Below, one piece after another: positions 1-12,022 of a DNA stretch of 64,000 nucleotides; position 1 is the first letter of the stretch, and every line of letters begins with the position of its first letter. The DNA is taken from positions 13,179 to 77,178 of the forward strand of contig CAMBRR010000001.1 of NCBI GenBank assembly GCA_945870315.1, in the 5' to 3' direction. Below the pieces are notes generated by a model that was given only the letters and a program-made list of their open reading frames with translations, did not search any database and was not told the DNA's origin. This stretch comes from an uncultured Bacteroidales bacterium. GTDB taxonomy: Bacteria > Bacteroidota > Bacteroidia > Bacteroidales > UBA932. The position numbers and the translations under genes are program-made.

Positions 1-1
1 G

Positions 2-145
2 GGATATGTCATCCCTGAGGATGTCCGGGCCGTTTGCTACGAGGTGCTTCGTCACAGAATCGGACTCACTTATGAAGCAGAGGCCGAAAATATGACGGCT
101 GACCAGATAATTTCCGAAATCATCAACGCAGTAGAAGTTCCATAA
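2..145 (+). CDS. MoxR-family AAA+ ATPase, C-terminal fragment (gene starts upstream of the window)
   Basis: Frame 2 reads GYVIPEDVRAVCYEVLRHRIGLTYEAEAENMTADQIISEIINAVEVP then TAA. This resembles a MoxR C-terminal lid region. TAATG stop/start overlap with the next gene, in the canonical MoxR-DUF58-Bat order. Confidence 0.7.
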   Translation, partial: GYVIPEDVRAVCYEVLRHRIGLTYEAEAENMTADQIISEIINAVEVP

Positions 146-1050
146 TGGTCAGAGAGTCGGATAAGAGCATTTCGGCAAACGATCTGTTGAAAAAGGTCAG
201 GAAGATTGAAATAAAGACCAAGGCCCTGTCCCATCAGATTTTTGCAGGTGAATACCATTCTGCCTTCAAGGGTAGGGGAATGGCGTTCAGTGAAGTGCGT
301 GAATATCAATGGGGTGACGATGTCCGGAATATGGACTGGAATGTTACCGCCCGTTTGAATTCACCCTATGTCAAGGTTTTTGAGGAGGAAAGGGAACTGA
401 CAGTCGTATTGCTGGTTGACGTGAGCCGTTCAAGGCTGTTCGGTACTTCCGGGGCCTTGAGAAGGGATGTCCTGGCAGAGATTGCCGCTGTACTTTCTTT
501 TTCAGCCATCCTGAACAATGACAAGGTTGGCGCCTTGTTCTTCAGTGAAAAGGTGGAGAAATTCATCCCTCCCAAAAAGGGCAGAACCCATCTGCTCCAC
601 ATTATCCGTGAAATCATCGAGTATGAGCCTCAGGTGGACGGGACCAATATTTCTGAGGCGTTGCGTTATCTGACCAATGCCATCAAGAAGAAGTGTACGG
701 CATTCCTGCTTTCTGATATGCTGGATGTGAATCCGGACGGGACTCCTCGCTATGAGGAAGCGCTCAAGGTTGCAGCGGGAAGGCACGATCTGTCGGTAAT
801 CGAGGTATATGATAATTTGGAGAGGTCGCTTCCTGATGTGGGACTCGTGAACGTGAAGGATTCTGAAACGGGAAGGACCGCCTGGGTAAACACTTCTGAC
901 AAGAAGATGAGGAAGGCTTATTCAGACTGGTTCGAGAATATGGAACAGTGCAGCGGGAGGCTTTTTATGAAGTATAATGTGGACAGGGTGAGCATAGGTG
1001 CTGATCAGGACTATGTGCAGGGGCTGCTCTCCTTATTCAAAAACAGATGA
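145..1050 (+). CDS. DUF58 domain protein (MoxR-associated, vWA-like)
   Basis: 301 aa. Signature FKGRGMAFSEVREYQWGDDVRNMDWNVTARLNSPYVKVFEEERE followed by LLVDVSRS. Overlaps the moxR stop. Confidence 0.9.
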   Translation: MVRESDKSISANDLLKKVRKIEIKTKALSHQIFAGEYHSAFKGRGMAFSEVREYQWGDDVRNMDWNVTARLNSPYVKVFEEERELTVVLLVDVSRSRLFGTSGALRRDVLAEIAAVLSFSAILNNDKVGALFFSEKVEKFIPPKKGRTHLLHIIREIIEYEPQVDGTNISEALRYLTNAIKKKCTAFLLSDMLDVNPDGTPRYEEALKVAAGRHDLSVIEVYDNLERSLPDVGLVNVKDSETGRTAWVNTSDKKMRKAYSDWFENMEQCSGRLFMKYNVDRVSIGADQDYVQGLLSLFKNR

Positions 1051-2036
1051 TTATGCATAAATATCCATATGCTTTATTGTTGGTGACTGTCATCTTCGGG
1101 CTTTTCTGTGCGAAGGCCCGTGGCGAGGATGGGCGTGAAAAGGCTTTTCTGGAGCAGGTTCAGGAAAGGGATTCCGTCCTTATTGCCGATCAGTTGAGGT
1201 ATGGTGTCGAGTTGAAGCAGGTCAGCGAGGGAACCTCTTTGGCTTTCCCGGACTGGAGCAAGGTTTTCGGAGAGGGCGTTGAAATGGTGGCTCCATGGAA
1301 AATGGATACTCTCAAGACAAAGAAAGGACGCAAGGGACAGCCGTCAAGTTATGATATCAAGGCCTATGTAACCCTGACTTCCTTTGAAGAAGGAGAATAC
1401 CAGCTTCCGCCTGTGATGGTTGCCAGGATGACTGGGGGCAGGGCTGACACCTTGGTCTTCGATCCGATGGTGATGGATGTAAAGACCATCCCGATAGATA
1501 CCGCTACCTTTAAGCCTCACGATATCAAGGCTCAGATTCGTTATCCGGTAACATTCAGGGAGATAGCTCCGTATCTGGCGCTAGCTCTGGGTGTGGCGGG
1601 CCTGATTGCCCTGGTGGTCGTGCTGATATTACGTCACCGCAGGAAGGCTGCCGGAAGGGTGGCTGCGGAACCCGCCCATATCATCGCCTTGCGCAAGCTT
1701 GAGCGATTCCGTTCTGAGAAAATGTGGGAACCGCAGAAACAGAAGGCGTTCTATTCTGGTATTACTGATGTTCTCAGGGAGTATATTGCAAACCGCTATG
1801 GAATCAGTGCTGTTGAAATGACTACGGCAGAGATCTTTGACAGAATGCAGGATACGGATGCGCCTAAAGAGCTTGTAAGTCAGGCTGAAGAACTTTTCGA
1901 AAGGGCCGATTTTGTCAAGTTTGCCAAACACGTTGCATCGGATCAGGAAAATGCTTCAGCGGTTCCGACTGCCGTCAGGTTTGTCACCGGGACATATCAG
2001 GCAGAACTGGAAGCGGAGGTTGAATCGAAAAGGTAG
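1047..2036 (+). CDS. Bat-cluster membrane protein of unknown function (signal peptide, one central TM helix, helical tail ending DFVKFAK)
   Basis: 329 aa. ATGA overlap with the DUF58 gene. Sits between DUF58 and batA. TM segment is APYLALALGVAGLIALVVVLIL. The tail resembles the post-TM segment of BatD. Confidence 0.65.
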   Translation: MIMHKYPYALLLVTVIFGLFCAKARGEDGREKAFLEQVQERDSVLIADQLRYGVELKQVSEGTSLAFPDWSKVFGEGVEMVAPWKMDTLKTKKGRKGQPSSYDIKAYVTLTSFEEGEYQLPPVMVARMTGGRADTLVFDPMVMDVKTIPIDTATFKPHDIKAQIRYPVTFREIAPYLALALGVAGLIALVVVLILRHRRKAAGRVAAEPAHIIALRKLERFRSEKMWEPQKQKAFYSGITDVLREYIANRYGISAVEMTTAEIFDRMQDTDAPKELVSQAEELFERADFVKFAKHVASDQENASAVPTAVRFVTGTYQAELEAEVESKR

Positions 2037-2047
2037 GGAGGGAGAAT

Positions 2048-3031
2048 ATGTTTTTTGAATATCCTAAACTATTGTGGCTGATGGCAATACCGGTGTTGAT
2101 GGTATTGCATTATGTATATCTTGAACTCTTCCGGCGCCCCCATATGAGGGTGTCCGTCCTCTATCCTTGGGCAAAGACAGGTTGCGGAATAATGGGCATC
2201 GTGCGCCACATTCCTTTTGCTTTGAGGATTTTTGCTCTGGTGATGATTGTGCTGGCAATAGCCCGTCCACGGTCTTCGCAACAGATGGAAAAGATTGATA
2301 CAGAGGGTATTGACATCGTTTTTGCGATGGACGTTTCCACCAGTATGCTTGCAAGGGACCTCACCCCTGACAGGATTTCCGCATCCAAGGACATTGCAAT
2401 CGAGTTCATAGCCCAGCGCCCTTCCGACAGGATGGGAATCGTTGTCTTCGCCGGAGAAAGTTTTACCCAATGTCCGCTGACTACGGACAGGGCAACTCTT
2501 ATCAATATGATGAAGGAAGTCCAGACCGATATCATCGAGGATGGCACGGCGATTGGCAACGGACTTGCAACAGCAGTCGCCAGAATGAAGGATTCAGATG
2601 CCAAAAGCCGGGTTGTAATCTTGCTTACCGATGGTGTCAACAATCGTGGAGAGATTTCTCCACAGATGGCTGCTGAAATTGCAAAGACTTATGGGATAAG
2701 AGTTTACACCATAGGTGTTGGCAAGGAGGGAATGGCTCCTTATCCTGTGATGACTCCTTGGGGTGTTGATGTCCAGAATGTGAAGGTGGAGATAGATGAA
2801 AAACTCCTTACGGAGATAGCCGAAGGAACAGGAGGTCGTTATTTCAGGGCTACTGACAACACAAAGCTGGCATCCATCTACAGTGAAATCAACAAGATGG
2901 AGAAAGCCCGCACTACCGTGGACAGCTTCCCTGTGTATAAGGAACTCTTCACCCGCTATGCTCTGGCGGCCTTGCTGGCTCTGTTGCTTGAGTTGGTGCT
3001 CAATTGGTTTGTAATCAGACGTTTGCCATAG
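2048..3031 (+). CDS. batA: vWA-domain aerotolerance protein BatA
   Basis: 327 aa. N-terminal TM helices, then a vWA MIDAS motif DIVFAMDVSTSM, then LLTDGVNN. GGAGG box 6 nt upstream of the ATG. Confidence 0.9.
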   Translation: MFFEYPKLLWLMAIPVLMVLHYVYLELFRRPHMRVSVLYPWAKTGCGIMGIVRHIPFALRIFALVMIVLAIARPRSSQQMEKIDTEGIDIVFAMDVSTSMLARDLTPDRISASKDIAIEFIAQRPSDRMGIVVFAGESFTQCPLTTDRATLINMMKEVQTDIIEDGTAIGNGLATAVARMKDSDAKSRVVILLTDGVNNRGEISPQMAAEIAKTYGIRVYTIGVGKEGMAPYPVMTPWGVDVQNVKVEIDEKLLTEIAEGTGGRYFRATDNTKLASIYSEINKMEKARTTVDSFPVYKELFTRYALAALLALLLELVLNWFVIRRLP

Positions 3032-3043
3032 GAGGGGATAATT

Positions 3044-4048
3044 ATGATAAATTTTGCGCAACCGACATATCTGTTACTGATATTTCTGATACCGGTATTC
3101 TTCATCTTACAGGCCCTTGTGCTGTCGCTCAGAAGACGCAGGATTAGGAAAATGGGTGATGAAAGGCTGGTTTCTCTTCTTATGCCATCTTATTCCAGAG
3201 CCAAGACCTGGGTAAGGCTGACCTTGTTCTCCATTGGTTTCTTCTTTTTGGTGATAGGCCTTTCCAGACCGCAGATTGGAGCAAAACTCAAGGAGCACAA
3301 GACAAGGGGAGCAGAGATAATGATTGTTCTGGATGTCTCGAATTCGATGTTGGCGGAGGATTATTCTCCCAATAGGCTTGAAAGGGCAAAACTGGCCATC
3401 AGCCGTCTTGTGGACAAGCTCCGTGATGATAGGATAGGTCTGGTGGTCTTTGCCGGCAATTCCTTTGTCCAGCTTCCGATTACGACTGATTATGTGTCCG
3501 CCAAGATGTTCCTGAGTTCCATATCCACCGAGTCGGTGACCATTCAGGGAACCGCGATAGGAGAGGCCATCAATACAGCGGTAAAGAGTTTCAGCGCTCA
3601 GAGTGAAAAGAGTCGTGCTGTGATTGTGATTACGGATGGTGAGAATCATGAAGACGACCCTGTCCAGGCTGCATCCCAGGCCGCTCAGTTGGGTGTGAAA
3701 GTCTATACGATAGGTGTCGGCTCTCCGGAAGGCAAGCCTATCCCGGTGGGTGGCGAGTTGATGAAGGACAAAGATGGGAATATAGTGGTCACAAGGTTGG
3801 ATGAAGCCGTCCTCAGGGATGTAGCATCTGCCGGAGGGGGATTGTATGTCAGGGCCGGAAACAACGAATTCGGTCTCAATCCAATAATTGAGGATATAAG
3901 AAAGATGGATGACGAAGAGTTCAATTCCATCGTATTCGAAGAATATGACGAACAGTTCGCAAGTTTCCTTGCCATCGCTTTGTTGTTTTTCGTGGTGGAA
4001 ATGCTTGTGGGTGAGCGTCGTTCAAAAAGGCATTTGTTTCAAAGATGA
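3044..4048 (+). CDS. batB: vWA-domain aerotolerance protein BatB
   Basis: 334 aa. MIVLDVSNSM and VITDGENH vWA motifs, with a C-terminal TM helix. Paralog of BatA in the expected position. Confidence 0.9.
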   Translation: MINFAQPTYLLLIFLIPVFFILQALVLSLRRRRIRKMGDERLVSLLMPSYSRAKTWVRLTLFSIGFFFLVIGLSRPQIGAKLKEHKTRGAEIMIVLDVSNSMLAEDYSPNRLERAKLAISRLVDKLRDDRIGLVVFAGNSFVQLPITTDYVSAKMFLSSISTESVTIQGTAIGEAINTAVKSFSAQSEKSRAVIVITDGENHEDDPVQAASQAAQLGVKVYTIGVGSPEGKPIPVGGELMKDKDGNIVVTRLDEAVLRDVASAGGGLYVRAGNNEFGLNPIIEDIRKMDDEEFNSIVFEEYDEQFASFLAIALLFFVVEMLVGERRSKRHLFQR

Positions 4049-4845
4049 TATTTCCTATGTTCAGGTTCAGGAATATATTTTTTGCAGTGATGGCGTCATT
4101 ACTTTTGGTGCCATCCTTGGATTCTGCGGCTCAGCCGGACCGCAGGGAGGTTAGGAGTGGAAATCGGGATTTTCGCAAGGAAAATTATAAGGAGGCGGAG
4201 ATAGATTACAGGAAGGCTCTTGTGAAGGATTCCTTGTCCGTGGCAGGAAACTATAATCTGGCAAATACTCTCTATAAAATGGGGGATGCTGAATCTGCCT
4301 GGAATATCATTTCGAAGAAGGAAGTGGAGGAAAGTGCCGTCGTCAAAGGAAATGGCAGTGATTTTCATTTCAATCAGGGAGATATAGCTTTGGCTAAAGA
4401 GGACTGGCAGGCCGCTGTAGATGCTTTCAAGAAATCACTGCTGGAGAATCCGGGGGATATTCAGGCCAAGGAAAATTATATATATGCCAAGAGCAAGCTG
4501 GAACAACAGCAGAATCAACAGCAGAACAACCAGGACCAAAACCAGGACCAGAACAAAGATCAAAACAAGGATCAAAACAAGGATCAAAACAAGGATCAAA
4601 ACCAAGACCAGCAGAACGACAATCAAGATAACCAAGATAATCAGGACAACCAGAATAACGACCAACAGAACAATAAGGACCAGAATCAGCAGAACAATCA
4701 GCAGAGCAACCAGCCGAAGATATCCCCACAGGCCGCTCAACAGATGCTGCAGGCCATTCAGGCAAAGGAAAAACAAACTCAGGACAAGGTAAATAAACAA
4801 AAGGCCCAGGCCCTGAAATCAAGACAGAAGGAGAAAAATTGGTAA
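4045..4845 (+). CDS. batC: TPR-repeat protein BatC with a long Q/N/D-rich low-complexity insert
   Basis: 266 aa. Signal peptide, TPR-like helices (NYKEAEIDYRKAL, DWQAAVDAFKKSL), then about 70 residues of Q/N/D/K repeats. ATGA overlap with batB. Confidence 0.8.
   Translation: MIFPMFRFRNIFFAVMASLLLVPSLDSAAQPDRREVRSGNRDFRKENYKEAEIDYRKALVKDSLSVAGNYNLANTLYKMGDAESAWNIISKKEVEESAVVKGNGSDFHFNQGDIALAKEDWQAAVDAFKKSLLENPGDIQAKENYIYAKSKLEQQQNQQQNNQDQNQDQNKDQNKDQNKDQNKDQNQDQQNDNQDNQDNQDNQNNDQQNNKDQNQQNNQQSNQPKISPQAAQQMLQAIQAKEKQTQDKVNKQKAQALKSRQKEKNW
4501..4716. repeat. In-frame tandem micro-repeat array inside batC (12-nt and 9-nt units encoding DQNK / DNQ)
   Basis: Three perfect copies of gatcaaaacaag at 4558-4593, flanked by degenerate copies (gaccagaacaaa, gatcaaaaccaa). 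Followed by gataaccaa / gataatcag / gacaaccag units. Confidence 0.9.
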
Positions 4846-4846
4846 G

Positions 4847-7483
4847 ATGAACAAGATAGCTAAAATCAGGCATAGACTCTTTGCATTGCTGCTGGCATTT
4901 TTGCCGGCCCTCTCTTTTGCGCAGACTGAGATCCGTGTGGAGACACACAAGGTGGTGGCACAGGACGAACAGTTCAATGTCACCTTCATCATTGAAGGCG
5001 AGCACAAGGCTACTGACTTCAACTGGGAGGAAAGTAATGATTTTCAACTGCTCTGGGGACCTCAGCAAGGTACCTCCACCAGCGTATCCATCATCAACGG
5101 AAAGACTACACGTTCCGTCCAGACTACTTTTACCTATGTCCTGAAACCTATCCGGCAGGGTACGTTTACCCTTGCTCCAGCCACCGCAAAGGTTAAGGGA
5201 AATACCATCAGATCCGCAGCAGTAAGCGTAGAAGTGGTATCCGGAGGAGCGTCCCAATCCTCAGGCCAGTCTTCCGGTTCCCAAACCCAGTCAGGGAGGG
5301 CATCCTCCAGACAGGAAGATTCTGGCAATGACCAGGATATCTTTCTCAGGTTGGAGGTCAACAGGTCCAATGTTGTAGTGGGCGAACCGATAATCGCAAC
5401 TGTAAAACTTTACCAGAGAGCCAACATTACAGGCTTTGAAAGCGCTAATTTCCCTACTTTCAATGGATTCTGGAGTCAGGAACTGGAAGCTCCCACCAAC
5501 ATCGAATTTTCCCGTGAAACTCTTGACGGAAGGATATACAACTCTGCTTTGTTGAGGAAATATGTTTTGATTCCCCAGCAGAAAGGTACGATAACCATCG
5601 GCTCTGCAGACCTTACCTGTCTTGTAAATGTGAGAGTGTCTTCAGGCGGGTCCAGTATCTTCGATGGCTTCTTCGATGACTACAGGACAGTCCGCAGGAA
5701 GGTGTCAACCAAACCGGTCGATATTCACGTTTCTGCCCTACCTGCTGGAGCTCCGGCTTCATTTGCAGGAGGAGTCGGCTCATTCAGTATTAGCGCTAAA
5801 CTCAGCAAGGACAGTCTTAAGACTCACGAGGCCGCATCCGTGCTTGTAACGATTTCGGGAAAAGGCAATGTGTCGCTTCTGGGAGAACCTAAGATTTCCT
5901 TCCCACCTGATATGGAAACCTATGATACAAAGGTATCAGAAAAGGTTGAGAAGGGTGGTCTGGCCGGCTCGAAATATTTCGAATATCCTTTCATCCCACG
6001 CAGCCACGGAGATTTTGTATTGGAACCGATACAATATACATATTATGACATCAATTCCGGCAAATATGTAACCCTTCAGACCCAGCCGCTACCTGTTCAC
6101 GTGGAGAAATCTGATGATGCGGATAATTCCTCAGTGTCAGTTCCGGGAGTTGTACGCAAGGATGTGAAGACTCTGGGCAGCGATATCAGATATATAGATA
6201 CGAAGAATGCAGGTTTCAGCAAGAAGGATAGTTTTGTAATCACCCGCCCTGTTTTCTATGTATCCATCGCCCTTGTCATTTTGCTTGCCTTGTTGTCCTG
6301 GGCAGCATTCAGGAAACTTGCCCAGAGACGCCTGGATGTTGTCGGAGCAAGAAACAGGAAGGCTACCAAGATGGCCATGAGGCGTCTGCGCCAGGCTGAG
6401 TCATTCTTGAAGCAGGACCTTTATACTGCATTTTATGAGGAATTGCACAAAGCCCTTCTCGGTTTCATCTCAGACAAACTCAACATTCCTGTTGCAGAAC
6501 TTTCCAAGGACAATATTGCGGAGGCTCTCACTGCAGGAGGAGTCCCTTCGGAGCATACGGATGCTTTCCTTTCCGTTCTTGACGCTTGTGAGTTCGCTCG
6601 TTATTCTCCGTCCGGTGGACATCAGGAAATGGACAACCACTACCGAGCAGCCCTGGAGGTGATATCATCAATAGATTCAAGTATGAAATCAAAGAAACAT
6701 TCGAATGCTACTGGAGGGACCTTGATTCTTGTGGCATTGCTGAGTCTTGCCCCTCTTTCTGGAAAAGCTGCCGACAATGCTTCCCTTGCTGATTCTCTTT
6801 GGACGGAAGGCAACAGGGCCTATGCAGAGGGAAGATGGGAGGATGCTTCCGCAAATTATGAAGCTATACGTGACCTTTCTTTGGAATCGGCATCCCTGTA
6901 CTGTAATCTGGGCAACGCTTATTTCAAGCAGCAGAATATTGCAGAGGCCATTGTCAACTATGAAAGAGCATTGAAATTGTCGCCGTCATATTCTGATGCG
7001 AAGTACAATCTTGCGATTGCCAACGAGATGATTCAGGACAAGATTGACCCTGTCCCGGAATTCATCCTTAAGGTATGGGCTAGAAACATTGCCAATCTAA
7101 TGGATTCAAATGCCTGGGCTTGGCTTTTTGTCTTTTTCTTGGCCGCCACCCTTGCCCTCGGATTGCTGTTCATTCTTGGCAGCACAGCCTCTTCGCGCAG
7201 GGCGGGTTTCTTCACGGCTCTGGTGACTCTGCTGCTGGGAGTTTTTTCCTTGACCTTCTCCATATGGCTGAGGAACGAAAACTTAAGGGAAGACTATGCC
7301 GTGATTACAAGGCCGGTGATTTCCGTGAAAAGTTCTCCGTCGGAAGGCTCCGCAAAGGACCTGTTCATCCTTCACGAGGGTACGAAGGTGAGAGTTATCG
7401 ACCAGGTCGGGAGCTGGAGCAATATTGAATTGTCAGACGGAAGACAAGGATGGATGCTTTCAGAAGACTATCAAATCATATAA
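4847..7483 (+). CDS. batD: BatD (oxygen-tolerance protein) continuing without a stop into a BatE-like TPR/SH3 module
   Basis: 878 aa. Residues 1-612 are a signal peptide, a large extracytoplasmic domain, a TM helix and a helical segment ending CEFARYSP. From Met613 (nt 6683): a signal-peptide-like MKSKKHSNATGGTLILVALLSLAPLSG, TPR repeats (NLGNAYFKQQNIAEAIVNYERALKLSP), two TM helices and an SH3b-like end (GSWSNIELSDGRQGWMLSEDY). Confidence 0.8.
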   Translation: MNKIAKIRHRLFALLLAFLPALSFAQTEIRVETHKVVAQDEQFNVTFIIEGEHKATDFNWEESNDFQLLWGPQQGTSTSVSIINGKTTRSVQTTFTYVLKPIRQGTFTLAPATAKVKGNTIRSAAVSVEVVSGGASQSSGQSSGSQTQSGRASSRQEDSGNDQDIFLRLEVNRSNVVVGEPIIATVKLYQRANITGFESANFPTFNGFWSQELEAPTNIEFSRETLDGRIYNSALLRKYVLIPQQKGTITIGSADLTCLVNVRVSSGGSSIFDGFFDDYRTVRRKVSTKPVDIHVSALPAGAPASFAGGVGSFSISAKLSKDSLKTHEAASVLVTISGKGNVSLLGEPKISFPPDMETYDTKVSEKVEKGGLAGSKYFEYPFIPRSHGDFVLEPIQYTYYDINSGKYVTLQTQPLPVHVEKSDDADNSSVSVPGVVRKDVKTLGSDIRYIDTKNAGFSKKDSFVITRPVFYVSIALVILLALLSWAAFRKLAQRRLDVVGARNRKATKMAMRRLRQAESFLKQDLYTAFYEELHKALLGFISDKLNIPVAELSKDNIAEALTAGGVPSEHTDAFLSVLDACEFARYSPSGGHQEMDNHYRAALEVISSIDSSMKSKKHSNATGGTLILVALLSLAPLSGKAADNASLADSLWTEGNRAYAEGRWEDASANYEAIRDLSLESASLYCNLGNAYFKQQNIAEAIVNYERALKLSPSYSDAKYNLAIANEMIQDKIDPVPEFILKVWARNIANLMDSNAWAWLFVFFLAATLALGLLFILGSTASSRRAGFFTALVTLLLGVFSLTFSIWLRNENLREDYAVITRPVISVKSSPSEGSAKDLFILHEGTKVRVIDQVGSWSNIELSDGRQGWMLSEDYQII

Positions 7484-7496
7484 TAACCCTATCTAA

Positions 7497-10709
<3,213 letters not shown>

Positions 10710-10713
10710 GATA

Positions 10714-12000
10714 TTATGCGACCTTTTCTTCAGGATTCTTCGGCTGTTTGAAGAAGATGATGAAAAGTATTGCGACGACCAGCGCATAGGCTGCAAAAGT
10801 ATACCAGGCTGCGCTCCAGTTCGGAGTCTCGGCATTATAAACGAAATGGTTTACTACAGCCTGTGCGCTGAGCGTTCCTATGGTGGCGCCGATTCCGTTG
10901 GTCATCAGCATGAATAGACCCTGTGCACTGTTGCTGATCTTTTCGCTGGTTCTCATATTGACATAGAGTGAACCGGAAATGTTGAAGAAGTCGAAGGCAA
11001 CTCCATATACAATCATCGAAATGATGAGCATCCAGACGCCGCTTCCCGTGTCACCGGCTCCGAAGAGTCCGAAGCGGAATACCCAGGCAAACATTGCTAT
11101 AAGCATAACTTTCTTGATACCGAAAAGTTTCATTGCAATCGGAATCAGCAGGATGCCGAGGGTCTCTGAAACCTGCGAAATGGAGATGAGCGCATTTGCA
11201 TTTCTTGCACCCCAGGTGTCAGCAAATTCAGGAACCTGGGTGAAGTGTGTGATGAAAGGATTGGCAAAGCCGTTTGTAATCTGGAGCGCAACACCCAGCA
11301 GCATTGAGAAAATGAAGAATGTAGCCATATTCCTGTCCTTGAATAGTTTGAAGGCGTTGAGGCCGAAACGCTCTGCAAATGTAGCCTTGCCTCCTTCTTC
11401 CTCCTTGATGCAAGGGCAATTTGGAAGAGTGAAGCAGTAGAGGAACATCGCAAGGCCGCATATTCCGGAGGTGAGGAACTGGTTGTAGCTATACTGGAAG
11501 GCTACTCCGTTGCCATCTTTCATAAAGTTTACGAAAAGCATTGCGCAGATGAAACCTACTGTGCCGAATACCCTGATAGGCGGGAAGGCTTTCACTGAAT
11601 CATAACCGTTTTGCTCAAGAATCTTGTAAGCTACAGAGTTTGAAAGGGCAATAGTCGGCATATAGAAGGCTACGCTGATGGAATAGAGTGAGAACAGCAT
11701 CGCGAAGGAAACGTTCGCTCCGGCTGACATTCCATACAGTCCCGCTCCTAGCATTGCCGCGCCTGCAATTCCGTGGCAAATGCCCAGAAGCCTCTGTGCA
11801 GGTATTTTATGGTCGGCGACAATTCCCATTAAAGTAGGCATAAAGATGGATACGATACCCTGCATTGCGTAGAATATCCCAATCCTGGTGCTCAGTCCTA
11901 CCGATGCAAGATAGGAACCCATCGAGGTGAGGTATGCTCCCCACACGGCCCATTGGATGACATTCATCACAATTAGCCTGAATCTGATTGCTTTGTTCAT
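10714..12000 (-). CDS. MFS nucleoside:H+ symporter family permease (NupG/XapB-like)
   Basis: 428 aa with about 12 TM helices. The N-terminus RFRLIVMNVIQWAVWGAYLTSMGSYL is typical of the Nuc_H_symport family. Convergent with lacZ, 4-nt gap. Confidence 0.85.
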   Translation of the reverse strand: MNKAIRFRLIVMNVIQWAVWGAYLTSMGSYLASVGLSTRIGIFYAMQGIVSIFMPTLMGIVADHKIPAQRLLGICHGIAGAAMLGAGLYGMSAGANVSFAMLFSLYSISVAFYMPTIALSNSVAYKILEQNGYDSVKAFPPIRVFGTVGFICAMLFVNFMKDGNGVAFQYSYNQFLTSGICGLAMFLYCFTLPNCPCIKEEEGGKATFAERFGLNAFKLFKDRNMATFFIFSMLLGVALQITNGFANPFITHFTQVPEFADTWGARNANALISISQVSETLGILLIPIAMKLFGIKKVMLIAMFAWVFRFGLFGAGDTGSGVWMLIISMIVYGVAFDFFNISGSLYVNMRTSEKISNSAQGLFMLMTNGIGATIGTLSAQAVVNHFVYNAETPNWSAAWYTFAAYALVVAILFIIFFKQPKNPEEKVA

Positions 12001-12022
12001 ATTGGTATTCGTTTATGTTGTT

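Noticed and set aside
4421-5257. Three long ORFs overlapping the batC repeat: 4421-4792 (+), 4435-4800 (-) and 4427-5257 (-). Their products are repetitive (KTRIKTRIKT..., LVLILVLILV...).
   Set aside because: They are alternative-frame or antisense read-outs of the stop-free 12-nt repeat array. The batC frame is the one with TPR motifs, operon coupling (ATGA overlap with batB, 1-nt gap to batD) and a conserved C-terminus.
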